Of a stretch of DNA of 59,784 nucleotides, positions 37,117 to 47,690 are shown in pieces. Under the pieces are notes generated by a model. It saw only the letters and a list, made by a program, of their open reading frames with translations, was not told the origin of the DNA and searched no databases. Position 1 is the stretch's first letter. Every line of letters begins with the position of its first letter. The translations under genes and the position numbers were made by a program. Source of the DNA: Nitrososphaerales archaeon (GTDB taxonomy: Archaea > Thermoproteota > Nitrososphaeria > Nitrososphaerales > JACPRH01); NCBI GenBank assembly GCA_030754585.1, contig JASMAB010000002.1:1-59784 (forward strand). The letters are read 5' to 3'.

Positions 37117-38757
37117 GTGCCTGAACCCAGAAAACCAAAAATAATTTTTGTAACCGGTGGCGTTATGTCCGGCTTGGGAAAGGGTGTTACATCTTCTTCT
37201 ATTGCTAAGCTTCTTCAACATACCGGACTTAAGGTTACTTGTGCTAAGATAGATCCTTATCTTAATGTCGATGCTGGAACAATGAATCCACTAATTCATG
37301 GAGAAGTATTTGTCACTGATGATGGAGGTGAAACCGATATGGATTTGGGAACCTATGAGCGTTTTCTGGATCAGAATCTTTCATCAGATCACAATATTAC
37401 TACTGGTCAGATTTATTTAGAAGTGATTACTCGTGAAAGAAAAGGTGATTTTCTAGGTGGATGTGTCCAAATAATTCCAAATATTACAGATACAATTAAG
37501 AAAAAAATAATCGATTTAGCAAATAAATCTAAAGTTGATGTCTTGATTGTTGAGTGTGGTGGTACCGTTGGAGATATAGAAGGTCTTCCATTTTTAGAAT
37601 CTTTTAGACATATTCGGAATCAAGAAGGTCTCCATAACACATTATTTGTACATGTGACTTTGGCACCTACACTTGACGCAGTTGGTGAACAAAAAACTAA
37701 GCCAACCCAACATAGTGTTCAAGAGCTAAGGAGAATTGGTATTCAACCAGATATTCTCGTAATTAGAAGTCAAACTTCACTACTCCAGGAGTCAAAAGAA
37801 AAGATATCTCTTTTTGCAAACATACCGGTAAGTAACGTGATTTCCAATAAAGATGCAAAGTCAATATACGCTGTTCCACAGATTTTAGAATCTGAAGGAA
37901 TAGTCGACCCTATCTGTGAACATCTAAATCTTGGTGTAAGGAATTTAAGGTGGGATTCTTGGCCAAAAATCTCAATGTCTTTTCTAAACACCATTGATGA
38001 AGTGTCTGTCGTTATGGTGGGTAAGTATGTATCCCTTACCGATAGTTATGTTAGCGTTAATGAAGCACTTGAACATGCTGCTGCAGAGAAGGGCTTCACA
38101 TCTCGAGTTGATTGGGTAGATGCTGAAAAATTTGAAAAAAGAGCCAGTACCACTAGACTCCTTTCAAAATATGATGCAATGATTATTCCAGGAGGTTTTG
38201 GGGCCAGAGGTAGTGAAGGTAAAATGGTTGCAGCAAACTTTGCACGAAAGAATGATATGCCATACCTGGGATTATGTTTTGGTTTTCAGCTAGCAATTGT
38301 TTCGTTTGCACGATACGCTTGCAATCTGTCTGAAGCTAATTCAAGTGAACTTGAATCCAAGACTCCTCATCCCGTTATAGATCTACTTCCTGAGCAGAAA
38401 GGAATTAAGAATATGGGTGCAACAATGAGACTTGGTGGTATCGATGTTGATATTGTAGAAGATACCTTGGCCTACAAACTATACAACAGCTCACAAATAA
38501 GGGAACGTCATCGCCATAGATATGAATTCAATCAGAAGTATATTGATCAATTCCGTACTAATGGTATGATCTTCTCAGGAAGCAGTGATAATGGAAAAAG
38601 AATGGAGATCTTGGAGATTCCATCACATCCATTCTTTGTGGCAGTTCAATATCACCCTGAATTTTTAAGTCGCCCAGGTTTCCCAGAACCGGTATTTAGA
38701 GGACTTGTATCTGCTGCTATGAATAGGCGTAAATCAAGAATTCATAGACCTGCCTAG
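37117..38757 (+). CDS. pyrG: CTP synthase
   Basis: Motifs seen: [12 protein letters not shown], GATase GLCFGFQ and HRHRYEFN. The start is GTG. Confidence 0.93.
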   Translation: MPEPRKPKIIFVTGGVMSGLGKGVTSSSIAKLLQHTGLKVTCAKIDPYLNVDAGTMNPLIHGEVFVTDDGGETDMDLGTYERFLDQNLSSDHNITTGQIYLEVITRERKGDFLGGCVQIIPNITDTIKKKIIDLANKSKVDVLIVECGGTVGDIEGLPFLESFRHIRNQEGLHNTLFVHVTLAPTLDAVGEQKTKPTQHSVQELRRIGIQPDILVIRSQTSLLQESKEKISLFANIPVSNVISNKDAKSIYAVPQILESEGIVDPICEHLNLGVRNLRWDSWPKISMSFLNTIDEVSVVMVGKYVSLTDSYVSVNEALEHAAAEKGFTSRVDWVDAEKFEKRASTTRLLSKYDAMIIPGGFGARGSEGKMVAANFARKNDMPYLGLCFGFQLAIVSFARYACNLSEANSSELESKTPHPVIDLLPEQKGIKNMGATMRLGGIDVDIVEDTLAYKLYNSSQIRERHRHRYEFNQKYIDQFRTNGMIFSGSSDNGKRMEILEIPSHPFFVAVQYHPEFLSRPGFPEPVFRGLVSAAMNRRKSRIHRPA

Positions 38758-39746
38758 TGCTGCAATAGTCTCCAGATTTCGTCTATAACATTATGTTGAA
38801 CTTCTTCTGTTAAACCATTATTTTTTATTATCTCTTTTTTTTCTCCACCAAATTTACCTATTACTGATCCTTTAATATTATGTTTGCTTAACTCATTTAT
38901 TACTGAATTAATTTCATCAGGTTTAACTGATGCCAAAAGACTTCCTGAACCTAACAATCTTGATGGATTTATCTTAAGAATGTTGCAGATAGTATCTGTT
39001 TCTTTTGCAACTTCTATGCTTTTCTCGTTTAGTTTGAATCCAATGTTGGATGCTAATGCCATTTCATGTACCCCACCTATTATTCCGCCTTCAGTTGAAT
39101 CATGCATAGCATGAACTTTTCCAGTTCCAAATAGGATTGCAGCGTCTTTCACTATTGATATTTGGCTTATCATCTCTGAAGCTCTTAGTGTTGTTTCTGT
39201 ATCTATTGATTTGAGCCGGTCTTTGAATATTCTGGCAAGTATAGATGTTCCTTCTATTCCCGCTGTTTTCGTCATTAAAATGTAATCTCCATCTTCTACA
39301 TTTGCGGCTGTTATATATTGATTAGTTATGCCGAATGCTGTTGTTACAACTATTAGTTGTTTCAAGTTAGGAGTAATCTCGGTGTGCCCTCCCACTATAG
39401 TCATTTGGAGGTTTTTTGCGGCATTATCCATTTGTTTTGAGATATTTTTAACTTGTGTTTCATCTGAACTTTCAGGAAGTAAAATTACTGAATTTAAAAA
39501 TCTTGGTTTTGCTCCACTTGTCGCAACATCATTTGCACTTACATTGACGGCATACCACCCAATATCTTCTTCAATTCCTGTGACTGGGTCTGAGGAAATA
39601 ATCAAATATTTCTCACCTAAATTTACAACTGCAAAATCAACCCCAATCTTTGGGCCAACAAGAACTTCTGGAGACGTATATCCTTGGAACTTCAAAACAT
39701 GCTTCTTAAGTATGTCATAAGGTATTTTGCCTAATGGAAGCTTCAA
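38754..39746 (-). CDS. AIR synthase-related protein (PurM/HypE/SelD/ThiL superfamily, COG2144-like)
   Basis: The N-terminus reads GKIPYDILKKHVL...VGPKIGVDFAVV...ISSDPVTG. The two-domain PurM-like length fits. The specific function is not assignable. Confidence 0.65.
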   Translation of the reverse strand: MKLPLGKIPYDILKKHVLKFQGYTSPEVLVGPKIGVDFAVVNLGEKYLIISSDPVTGIEEDIGWYAVNVSANDVATSGAKPRFLNSVILLPESSDETQVKNISKQMDNAAKNLQMTIVGGHTEITPNLKQLIVVTTAFGITNQYITAANVEDGDYILMTKTAGIEGTSILARIFKDRLKSIDTETTLRASEMISQISIVKDAAILFGTGKVHAMHDSTEGGIIGGVHEMALASNIGFKLNEKSIEVAKETDTICNILKINPSRLLGSGSLLASVKPDEINSVINELSKHNIKGSVIGKFGGEKKEIIKNNGLTEEVQHNVIDEIWRLLQH

Positions 39747-39800
39747 ATCTTAATTTCACCAAAAATATAGATTAAATTGCTTCTATTTAGGCTCAACCGT

Positions 39801-40580
39801 TTAAGTTTGATTTTTTCTTATTCTGGGCATTATTCTATTGATACTTCTGGATAGTGGGATGGCAACTAATAACCCAATTGTAACTTGACCGATGTTAACA
39901 AACACTTCTGCGAATGCCAATACATGTCCAAGGACCATTGTCTCATAAATGTAATAACCAACAACCATTTCTACACCACCTATGAGTATAGCTATTACAA
40001 GCCATCCTATTTTTGGGTCTAGGTATAACCCTGCTGACACTGTGAGTGTCAATGACAATATTGCCAATACAACCCAGAAAATCGCAGGAATTGTAATTAT
40101 CCACGTTATGGTACTTGGTGCAATTCCAAGTGTGAACTCTAAACTTCCTGTGAAATATTCTGTTCCTCCCCACCAAACTAATAATGCAAGAATTGACCCT
40201 GCAGCCACAGATAGTGTTGTCAATATTTTTTCCGAAGATGGCCTAAATCTATATTGAGCTAGATAACCAACTATGAACCCTTCAATTCCTTTTATTACAA
40301 GTGTGCCTGGTGCGAAAACTGTGTAACCAAGAGAAACATCTGCAATCATTGATCCTACACCCCCTGCAAAACTACCTACAAAAGGTCCCATGAGGATTGC
40401 GGATGTATACACCATTATTTCTCCAACATTAAAGTAGCCTCCAGTTGCAGCAACATATGCATTCACAACCATTGTGGCTGCAGCAACAAAAGCTGTAAAA
40501 ACCCCCATAGCTGCAATCTCTTTACTATTCAATTTGTACTCCATAATGCTATCTACACTTTTTTCCACTAATCTATTCAT
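39801..40580 (-). CDS. Polytopic membrane protein resembling an ECF-transporter S component
   Basis: The sequence GGYFNVGEIMVYTSAILMGPFVGSFAGGVGSMIADV...LVIKGIEGFIVGYL resembles substrate-capture S components. The protein has about 8 TM, longer than usual for the family. Confidence 0.45.
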   Translation of the reverse strand: MNRLVEKSVDSIMEYKLNSKEIAAMGVFTAFVAAATMVVNAYVAATGGYFNVGEIMVYTSAILMGPFVGSFAGGVGSMIADVSLGYTVFAPGTLVIKGIEGFIVGYLAQYRFRPSSEKILTTLSVAAGSILALLVWWGGTEYFTGSLEFTLGIAPSTITWIITIPAIFWVVLAILSLTLTVSAGLYLDPKIGWLVIAILIGGVEMVVGYYIYETMVLGHVLAFAEVFVNIGQVTIGLLVAIPLSRSINRIMPRIRKNQT

Positions 40581-40701
40581 CTATATAAGCACAATCTTGT
40601 TTTATTAGATTTGTGTAGATTCTTTATGAATTGTAATCATCTGTTTTTACAGATTTACAATAATAAAAATTCTGTTAAGAAACAATTCTGTCTAAAGTGA
40701 A

Positions 40702-41484
40702 TTAAAGAGAATGGGAAAGGAAATCTTTTCGGCCTCCATCAACTGTGATGATTTGACCCGTCATGAAATTGGATTTATCAGATGCCAAAAAGCAAGCTAC
40801 ATTCGCAATATCTTGAGGTTCTCCAATTCTGTGCAACATACTTGCATCTTCACAATATTTAATGAAATCATCAACTTTACTAGGTTCCATCCCTTTGAGA
40901 ATAAGGTCCGTTTTCACTACTCCAGGTGCTATGGCGTTTACATTAATTCCGTAAGAACCAAGTTCTAATGCAAATCTCTTTGTTAGAGTATCGACTGCAG
41001 CTTTGGTAGCTGCATAAGTTGTTGTTCCTAAAGTAGCTATGCCCACTCCTGCTATAGAAGAAATGTTGATTATCTTCCCTGACCCTTTCTTAATCATTTC
41101 TGGTGCTATTGCTTTTGTGCAATTAATTACCCCTTTAACATTGGTCTCCAACATCGCTTCTGTTTCTGTGTCAGTAAAACTCAAAGGTTTGGCACGATAC
41201 ATTATTCCTGCATTATTTACAAGTATGTCACATTTACCAAATCTATCAATAACTTGCTTTACCATTTGACCTACAGAAGTTTGGTTAGCTACATCGGCTT
41301 GTATTGATGACCCTTTTCCACCTTTTTTTTGAATCTGTTTAACGACTTTTTCTGCTTGTTTTTTTTGCTTTAGATAATTTACAATCACCTCTGAACCTTC
41401 TTCACCAAAAGTTTTAGCAATTGCTTGACCAATTCCTCTGGATGCTCCAGTAATAATTGCTACTTGACCTTCAAGTTTTCCCAT
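40702..41484 (-). CDS. Short-chain dehydrogenase/reductase (FabG-like)
   Basis: Motifs seen: TGASRGIG, NNAG and YAATKAA (YxxxK). Confidence 0.85.
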   Translation of the reverse strand: MGKLEGQVAIITGASRGIGQAIAKTFGEEGSEVIVNYLKQKKQAEKVVKQIQKKGGKGSSIQADVANQTSVGQMVKQVIDRFGKCDILVNNAGIMYRAKPLSFTDTETEAMLETNVKGVINCTKAIAPEMIKKGSGKIINISSIAGVGIATLGTTTYAATKAAVDTLTKRFALELGSYGINVNAIAPGVVKTDLILKGMEPSKVDDFIKYCEDASMLHRIGEPQDIANVACFLASDKSNFMTGQIITVDGGRKDFLSHSL

Positions 41485-41590
41485 AATGCCCCTTACATAA
41501 TAGAATCCTTAAACCTATCTTGAGATAATCTTTAACTTTGATTATGAGTTAGTTATGATTATTAGATTCTGTAAATATTTTTTTTATTCA

Positions 41591-42028
41591 TTATTCGAAA
41601 ACTTGTATATCTTTTTTCTTGTATACTAAGTTTCCAAATTTTCCATCAAATCTCGTAGCTCTGATTTCAGTGTTATCAATGTAATGATAATTTCCACCCC
41701 TTGGTTTGCAAAATAATAAATTATGGTATTTGAATTCATGTTGATCTAGCCATTTAGCCGTTATTTCTCTGAGATCTTCTGATCTAGATGTGAAGAAAGT
41801 GATAATGTGTCCTTCTTCATACCATGAGTTTATCTTATCTTTGGACCCAGTTATTTCTTTTGCATTAATCATCCTTTCAGATTCTTCATTTGGAATATCT
41901 TCGCTTACTACTCCATCTATATCTATAATGAAATTCTTTAGACCCTGAAGAAGTTTGGGGCTTTTGGTTTTTCCATCTTGCCCAATATATGTTTGAAGAT
42001 GGTTTTTTGACTGTTCCTTATTCACCAT
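41591..42028 (-). CDS. Small HAD-like phosphatase-fold protein, function unknown
   Basis: DxDGV-type motif I (IDIDGVV), motif II-like TFFTSR, and a later K...D region are present. There is no cap domain. Confidence 0.45.
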   Translation of the reverse strand: MVNKEQSKNHLQTYIGQDGKTKSPKLLQGLKNFIIDIDGVVSEDIPNEESERMINAKEITGSKDKINSWYEEGHIITFFTSRSEDLREITAKWLDQHEFKYHNLLFCKPRGGNYHYIDNTEIRATRFDGKFGNLVYKKKDIQVFE

Positions 42029-42171
42029 GATAGTGGCCTACCTTTCACCTATCATTTTAAGGCTTGTTGAAGTCATAATCACTTCGTATTATGCCTGATT
42101 AATCCATTACTTAAGCTTACAATTTAAGGGATATTTTTGATACAAATAAAATTGTTTACTAAGGGCTGACT

Positions 42172-42411
42172 ATGTGGGTAGCGCAGATGCCTTCAACAAA
42201 AAAATTCAAAGTAAGGCTAAGTAAGAGAGGGGTAATCAATATTCCGCAATCCATCTTGGATTCTTCAGGTATTTCAATTGGGTCACCAGTCTGGATATTT
42301 TCAGACGGTGAAATAATGGTGATTAAGAATATATTTCCTAAATCTAGTGGTGCTCCTAAACCTATTTTTGGTCGTCTTAGAGGTGCTTTCAAGAAGCTTA
42401 TTGCGAGGTGA
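42172..42411 (+). CDS. AbrB/SpoVT-fold small DNA-binding protein
   Basis: VRLSKRGVINIPQSILDSSGISIGSPVWIF fits the AbrB/MazE loop-hinge pattern. No partner gene is present. Confidence 0.6.
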   Translation: MWVAQMPSTKKFKVRLSKRGVINIPQSILDSSGISIGSPVWIFSDGEIMVIKNIFPKSSGAPKPIFGRLRGAFKKLIAR

Positions 42412-42762
42412 TTAAATTAATCAGAAATTCTTTTTGTTTAAGATCTTTGGCTCTTATGCTTTTTCTGTGTTATCAATCGTTTTATCAATTTAGATATTTT
42501 TCATCATATATCGTTGGTAGGCCATAAACTCCTTCTGAATACTGGTATGTTTTCTTTTGGGTTTTAAGCATAGTTTTCATTTCATATTTTTGTCTATTAT
42601 TTCAAATTTTTTTGGTTTTTATTATTGATATATTCAATTATTTTTGGAAAAGTTTTTTTTAATCCACCTACTGAAGAAATTTATCTTTAGTTGATTCTGC
42701 TTCGGATTTAAATTAATTCAGTGAAAGATAAGTGCGCAGAAAGTCTTTATTAGCCAAACCAA

Positions 42763-44043
42763 ATGCGTCATCAGATAGGGAAACTGATTTTGAATAAGAC
42801 ATTAAGTGAGAAAATTTTAAGTCGAAAGGTGGGAAAAGATGTTTCTGCAGGAGAGATAATTGTAACTGATGTTGATTATATGTTTGCTCACGATGCATCA
42901 GGTCCACTTACAATAGACCAGTTAAGAACAATGGGTATTCAAAAACCAGCTTACCCTGACAAAACTATAATCATAATAGACCATGCAGTCCCAAGTCCAA
43001 ACAAGACAATATCAAATAATCAAGAAAAACTTCGAAAATGGGCCATAAAAACAGGAAGTCGATTTTCTGAAGCGGGAAGAGGAATTTGTCACCAAGTATT
43101 AGCAGAGGATTACGCCAGTCCTGGGCAGATAATCCTAGGTACAGATTCACATACCGTAACAGCAGGTGCCTTAGCTGCTTTTGGAACTGGAATGGGAGCT
43201 ACAGATGTAGCAGTAGCTATTGGATTAGGTAAAACTTGGTTGAGAGTCCCAGAAACTATAATGATAAAGTTAGATGGAGATTTACCAACTGGAGTATATT
43301 CAAAAGATGCTATGCTTACTTTTATTGGAAAGTTAACTATGGAAGGTGCTACATACAAAGCTCTTGAGTTTAGTGGAAGTGCAATCAATAATATGCGTAT
43401 GGATGAAAGATTAACACTATCAAATATGGCAGTTGAAGCAGGTGCAAAAGTTGGACTTATTTCTTCGGATGAAACTACAAAGAAATATCTTGAAAGCAGA
43501 GGAAGGGGCGAATTTTTTCAGAAAATAATGCCTGACAAGAAAGCTGAATATACAGAAACCTTGAAGTTTGATGCTTCTGAAATAGAGCCAACAATCGCTT
43601 TTCCAGACACTGTTGACAACATAAAAACTGTGAGTGAAGCAGCAGGAACAGAAATACAGGAAGTTTTCATAGGAAGCTGTACCAATGGTCGTATTGAAGA
43701 CCTTAGAATAGCAGCAGATATATTAAAAGGAAAAAAAGTTAACCCAAATACAAAACTCATAGTAACGCCTGCCTCTAGAGAAACGTTACTTTTAGCAGTT
43801 CAAGATTTGACACTTCAAACTCTAATTGAATCTGGTGCTACAGTTACTCCGCCTGGATGTGGAGTATGCTTCGGTGCACTTGGAGGAGTTCCTGCTGATG
43901 GTGATCGAATATTAACAACAAGTAACAGGAACTTTAAAGGAAGAACAGGTAATCCATTATCTGGAACATATCTTGCATCCCCTGCAACAGCTGCCGTGAC
44001 CGCAATAAAAGGTGAAATAGCTGATCCACGGGAGATGCTATGA
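42763..44043 (+). CDS. leuC: 3-Isopropylmalate/homoaconitate dehydratase large subunit
   Basis: Aconitase-family motifs DHAVPSP, GSCTNGR and PGCGVCFG are present. TTG 42790 is an alternative start. Confidence 0.85.
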   Translation: MRHQIGKLILNKTLSEKILSRKVGKDVSAGEIIVTDVDYMFAHDASGPLTIDQLRTMGIQKPAYPDKTIIIIDHAVPSPNKTISNNQEKLRKWAIKTGSRFSEAGRGICHQVLAEDYASPGQIILGTDSHTVTAGALAAFGTGMGATDVAVAIGLGKTWLRVPETIMIKLDGDLPTGVYSKDAMLTFIGKLTMEGATYKALEFSGSAINNMRMDERLTLSNMAVEAGAKVGLISSDETTKKYLESRGRGEFFQKIMPDKKAEYTETLKFDASEIEPTIAFPDTVDNIKTVSEAAGTEIQEVFIGSCTNGRIEDLRIAADILKGKKVNPNTKLIVTPASRETLLLAVQDLTLQTLIESGATVTPPGCGVCFGALGGVPADGDRILTTSNRNFKGRTGNPLSGTYLASPATAAVTAIKGEIADPREML

Positions 44044-44558
44044 ACATGGAAGGAAAAACATGGCCATTCATATCCACTGCGTGGAAATTTGGAGATTCAA
44101 TAAGCACAGATCATATTAGCCCAGGGCGATACTTTCATCTTAGAACAAATCTTCCAGAATTAACTAAACACACATTAGAAGATGCTAGGGAAGAATATGC
44201 TTCAAATGTCAAATCTGGAGATTTTGTTGTTGCAGGAAGAAACTTTGGAATGGGTTCAAGTAGAGAGCATGCAGCAATTATGATAAAGATGTCTGGAGCA
44301 GGTGCAGTAGTTGCCAAATCTTTTGCTAGGATTTTCTACCGAAATGCAATAAATGTAGGTCTTCCAGCGATAATATGTAATACAGATAAAATTGCGGATA
44401 AAGATCAACTTTCTATAGATCTAGAATTAGGAAAACTAAAAAACGAAACTAAAGGGTTTGAACTAACCTTTTCTCCAATCCCAAAAGAAATGATGAAAAT
44501 ACTTTCAGAAGGCGGGCTAGTTCCTTACATTAAGAAGTATGGCGACCTGAAACTTTAA
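44040..44558 (+). CDS. leuD: 3-Isopropylmalate/homoaconitate dehydratase small subunit
   Basis: The motif GRNFGMGSSREHA is present. The gene overlaps leuC by 4 nt. Confidence 0.85.
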   Translation: MNMEGKTWPFISTAWKFGDSISTDHISPGRYFHLRTNLPELTKHTLEDAREEYASNVKSGDFVVAGRNFGMGSSREHAAIMIKMSGAGAVVAKSFARIFYRNAINVGLPAIICNTDKIADKDQLSIDLELGKLKNETKGFELTFSPIPKEMMKILSEGGLVPYIKKYGDLKL

Positions 44559-44588
44559 GAAACGTGCTACAAACATAACAATAAGATA

Positions 44589-44867
44589 TTGTCTGAAAAA
44601 AGGTTACACATCTATGTATCAGGTATAGTACAAGGTGTATTCTTCAGATCCAATACGGTACACAAAGCAAATTCTTTACAAATTAAAGGATGGGTCAAGA
44701 ACCTTCATGATAGCAGCGTCGAAATTTTAGCTGAAGGAACCGAAGAAATGTTAGATAAGTTCTTGGATTGGTGTGAGAAAGGGCCACCAAATGCAGAAGT
44801 AGATTCTGTAGAAGTGGTAATGTTACCATTTAAACAAGAATTCAATGAATTCAAAATAGTTTATTGA
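44589..44867 (+). CDS. acyP: Acylphosphatase
   Basis: Motifs seen: VSGIVQGVFFRSNT and GWVKNL. The protein is 92 aa. Confidence 0.85.
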   Translation: MSEKRLHIYVSGIVQGVFFRSNTVHKANSLQIKGWVKNLHDSSVEILAEGTEEMLDKFLDWCEKGPPNAEVDSVEVVMLPFKQEFNEFKIVY

Positions 44868-45007
44868 AATTAGCCATCAGATAGTAATGAGGGTATAACT
44901 AGATGTTTGATATTCTTGAGAAATGTAAGAATAAATAGTGGTGAATCAAGTCATGATTGAGGATATAAAATAATGACGATTAGCCCAAGGGTTAATTTAT
45001 CAAGGAA

Positions 45008-45643
45008 GTGGAAAAAATGGGATTAAAAGAATGGCTAATCCCTCAAGATAAGATCTTCTTTGAATTGCTCGAAAAGCAATCAAAACTCGTTCTTGAAGGA
45101 TCTAATTCACTACATGATTTATTGTGTAACTACAAAGATGTAGAACAAAAGCGGCAAGGCATTAAAGATTTAGAGCATAGTGGAGATGATGTGGTACATG
45201 AGATTCAAGATAGACTGTCTCAAACTTTTATTACACCTATAGATAGAGAAGATATCAATGTATTATCATGTCTATATGATGATATTCTAGATTTTACATA
45301 CACTATTGCAAACAAACTCTGTGCTTATGGAATCAAAGACATTCCACACCCGATGATAACATTCTCAGAGATAATCTTAAAGTCAGTATTAGCATTGAAC
45401 AAGTCTTTCAGTAATATGCGTAATCTCAATCAGGAAAAAATTGAACAGCACAACATAGAGGTCCATTTTCTTGAAAATGAGGGCGATGAGCTTCTAAGTA
45501 AAACTGTAGCGGATCTTTTCAGGCAAAAAAATATTATCACGATAATTAAATATAAAGAACTATATGAAGACTTAGAGAAGATTACTGATATTTGTGAGGA
45601 CGTAAGTAATCTTCTTAGGGCTATAGTTCTCAAACATTCCTAG
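45008..45643 (+). CDS. DUF47 / PhoU-like phosphate-transport accessory protein
   Basis: The motif ITPIDREDI is present in an all-helical protein. It lies directly upstream of a PiT transporter. ATG 45017 is an alternative start. Confidence 0.75.
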   Translation: MEKMGLKEWLIPQDKIFFELLEKQSKLVLEGSNSLHDLLCNYKDVEQKRQGIKDLEHSGDDVVHEIQDRLSQTFITPIDREDINVLSCLYDDILDFTYTIANKLCAYGIKDIPHPMITFSEIILKSVLALNKSFSNMRNLNQEKIEQHNIEVHFLENEGDELLSKTVADLFRQKNIITIIKYKELYEDLEKITDICEDVSNLLRAIVLKHS

Positions 45644-45713
45644 AAAAAGATTAGATGAAGAATATCGTTGAATTAATCCAAAAATGTAAAAGCTACTGAG
45701 AAAAAGAAGAAAA

Positions 45714-46724
45714 ATGGCGTTTCTAGATCCATTCACTATAACTGTAATAGCTGTAGCATTTCTATTTGACTTCTTTAATGGATTTGATGATGCGGCTAAC
45801 TCTATTGCAACAGTTGTTTCAACACGAGTTTTATCACCTATACAAGCAGTCGCAATGGCTGCATTCTTTAATTTTGTTGCACTTTTTGTATTCGAAACTG
45901 GTGTGGCTACAACAATAGGAAAGGGAATAGTTGACCCACTTGCAATTTCTCCATTAATGGTTCTTGCTGGATTATTAGGTGCTATATTTTGGGTTCTACT
46001 TACTTGGTGGTTTGGGTTACCAATTAGTGCATCTCACTCACTTATTGGTGGACTTATTGGGGCTGCAATAGCTAGTAACGGATTTGGAGTCATTCTCCGT
46101 GGAAAAATCGAGATTATTCTTGCATTCATAGTTATTTCACCTATACTGGGAACAATTGCCGCGTTCATCCTTATGACATTAGTTATCAAGATATTCCGAA
46201 AACACAATGCTACATACGCTAACAGATATTTCAAACGTTTGCAGCTATTATCCGCTGCAGCATATAGTCTAAGTCATGGTGGCAATGATGCGCAAAAAAC
46301 TATGGGAATAGTTGCAGTGCTTCTATTTAGTTCAGGTTACTTAGGATCTGAATTCTATGTACCATTTTGGGTGGCGATGATGGCGCATCTAGCTATAGCA
46401 CTAGGAACTTTATCTGGAGGTTGGAGGATCATCCGTACAATGGGAGGTAAAATAACAAAACTTGATCCTATGCATGGTTTTAGTGCTGAAACTGCAGGAG
46501 CAGCAGTTATTATGGGCTCAACCTTTTTTGGTATACCGGTGAGTACTACTCATGTTATAGCTGGTTCAATAATAGGTGTTGGTGCAACACGAAGACTTTC
46601 TGCAGTAAGATGGGGACTCGCTAGACGAATTATGTGGACGTGGATCATAACTATCCCAGCGACAAGCGGAATGGCTGCACTATTATTCTATATACTCTCG
46701 GCATTTATGCAACTATCAATATGA
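45714..46724 (+). CDS. Inorganic phosphate transporter, PiT family
   Basis: Duplicated signatures GFDDAANSIATVVSTR and HGGNDAQKTMG are present. Confidence 0.9.
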   Translation: MAFLDPFTITVIAVAFLFDFFNGFDDAANSIATVVSTRVLSPIQAVAMAAFFNFVALFVFETGVATTIGKGIVDPLAISPLMVLAGLLGAIFWVLLTWWFGLPISASHSLIGGLIGAAIASNGFGVILRGKIEIILAFIVISPILGTIAAFILMTLVIKIFRKHNATYANRYFKRLQLLSAAAYSLSHGGNDAQKTMGIVAVLLFSSGYLGSEFYVPFWVAMMAHLAIALGTLSGGWRIIRTMGGKITKLDPMHGFSAETAGAAVIMGSTFFGIPVSTTHVIAGSIIGVGATRRLSAVRWGLARRIMWTWIITIPATSGMAALLFYILSAFMQLSI

Positions 46725-47374
46725 AGTCTTCAAATATGGCTTTGAAAATTGTGGTTGACAGTCGTGAACCAGATCTTATTGTTGCATTACTTATGGAATT
46801 GGGTATTGACATAGAAAAAAGAACAATTACACCGGGAGATTACATTGTTTCATCAGAGTGTGGGATAGAACGGAAAACTGTAAAAGATTTTATCAATTCA
46901 GTTTTCAGTGGTAGAGTCTTTGAGCAGGTTAATCGCCTTCGGGAAGCCTACGAAAAACCAATACTTATCCTTGAAGGAGAAATTGAAGAGGAGTTAGTGT
47001 TGATGAATAATCCAAGATCTTTCTGGGGAGCTTTATTGAAAATTCAATCAGATATGAGCATTCCAGTTCTTTGTACTCCATCCATTCTTAATACTGCAAA
47101 TCTTCTTTATACATTAGCCAATAGAATTCAAAAGAAGAAACAAGATAAAATTTCAATTCACCATAAACCCAAATTAATGACTCAAAAGGATTGGCAAGTA
47201 TATGTTGTCGCAAGTTTGCCAAGCATTGGAGGAGAGCTTGCAGAACGATTACTTATCCACTTTGGAAGCGTTAGAAATATTTTTCAAGCAAATCTTTTAG
47301 ATTTAATAGAGGTAGAAGGGGTAGGCAAAGTAAAAGCTAGAAAAATCAAAGATATTTTAGATGAGAAGTATTAA
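46721..47374 (+). CDS. xpf: Short XPF/ERCC4 nuclease with C-terminal (HhH)2
   Basis: Motifs seen: VVDSRE, GDYIVS..CGIERKTVKDF and LPSIGGELAERL...VEGVGKVKARKI. The ATG at 46721 overlaps the PiT stop (ATGA). Confidence 0.8.
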   Translation: MKSSNMALKIVVDSREPDLIVALLMELGIDIEKRTITPGDYIVSSECGIERKTVKDFINSVFSGRVFEQVNRLREAYEKPILILEGEIEEELVLMNNPRSFWGALLKIQSDMSIPVLCTPSILNTANLLYTLANRIQKKKQDKISIHHKPKLMTQKDWQVYVVASLPSIGGELAERLLIHFGSVRNIFQANLLDLIEVEGVGKVKARKIKDILDEKY

Positions 47375-47426
47375 GAAAAGGAAAAAAAATATTGTTCTCG
47401 AATATTATAAATGTGATTCACGAACA

Positions 47427-47690
47427 TTAGATGTCGCCCTTTTCATTCATCTTTTTGTTTTCATAAGCTGCAACTTCTCGTCTATAATACTCTAGCTTGA
47501 CCGATTCCAATACTCCAATAGCTCTGTTATAGTTATGATAACTTGGTTTGTAAAGTCTTTTTAATATCATCGATATTACATAGTTAAGTTCTCCATCGAC
47601 ATTCTCATCTGGAACTTTATTCAACATACTTAGAACTTCTTTAAGCCCTTTATCATATTTGATTCGTTCTTTTTTATTGATATACGGCAT
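47427..47690 (-). CDS. Hypothetical 87-aa protein
   Basis: This is a stand-alone ORF with spacers of 258 nt and 52 nt around it. The pattern GELNYVIS...YNRAIGVLESVKLEYYRREVAAYENKK..EKGD is present. No confident family assignment can be made. Confidence 0.45.
   Translation of the reverse strand: MPYINKKERIKYDKGLKEVLSMLNKVPDENVDGELNYVISMILKRLYKPSYHNYNRAIGVLESVKLEYYRREVAAYENKKMNEKGDI

Noticed and set aside
46721-46724. The ATGA overlap coupling the PiT phosphate transporter to XPF, considered as a functional link.
   Set aside because: Four-nt overlaps are common throughout this compact window (leuCD, scpAB, PoK/PPS/panB, trm1/rlmE tail). They most likely reflect genome compaction rather than shared function.
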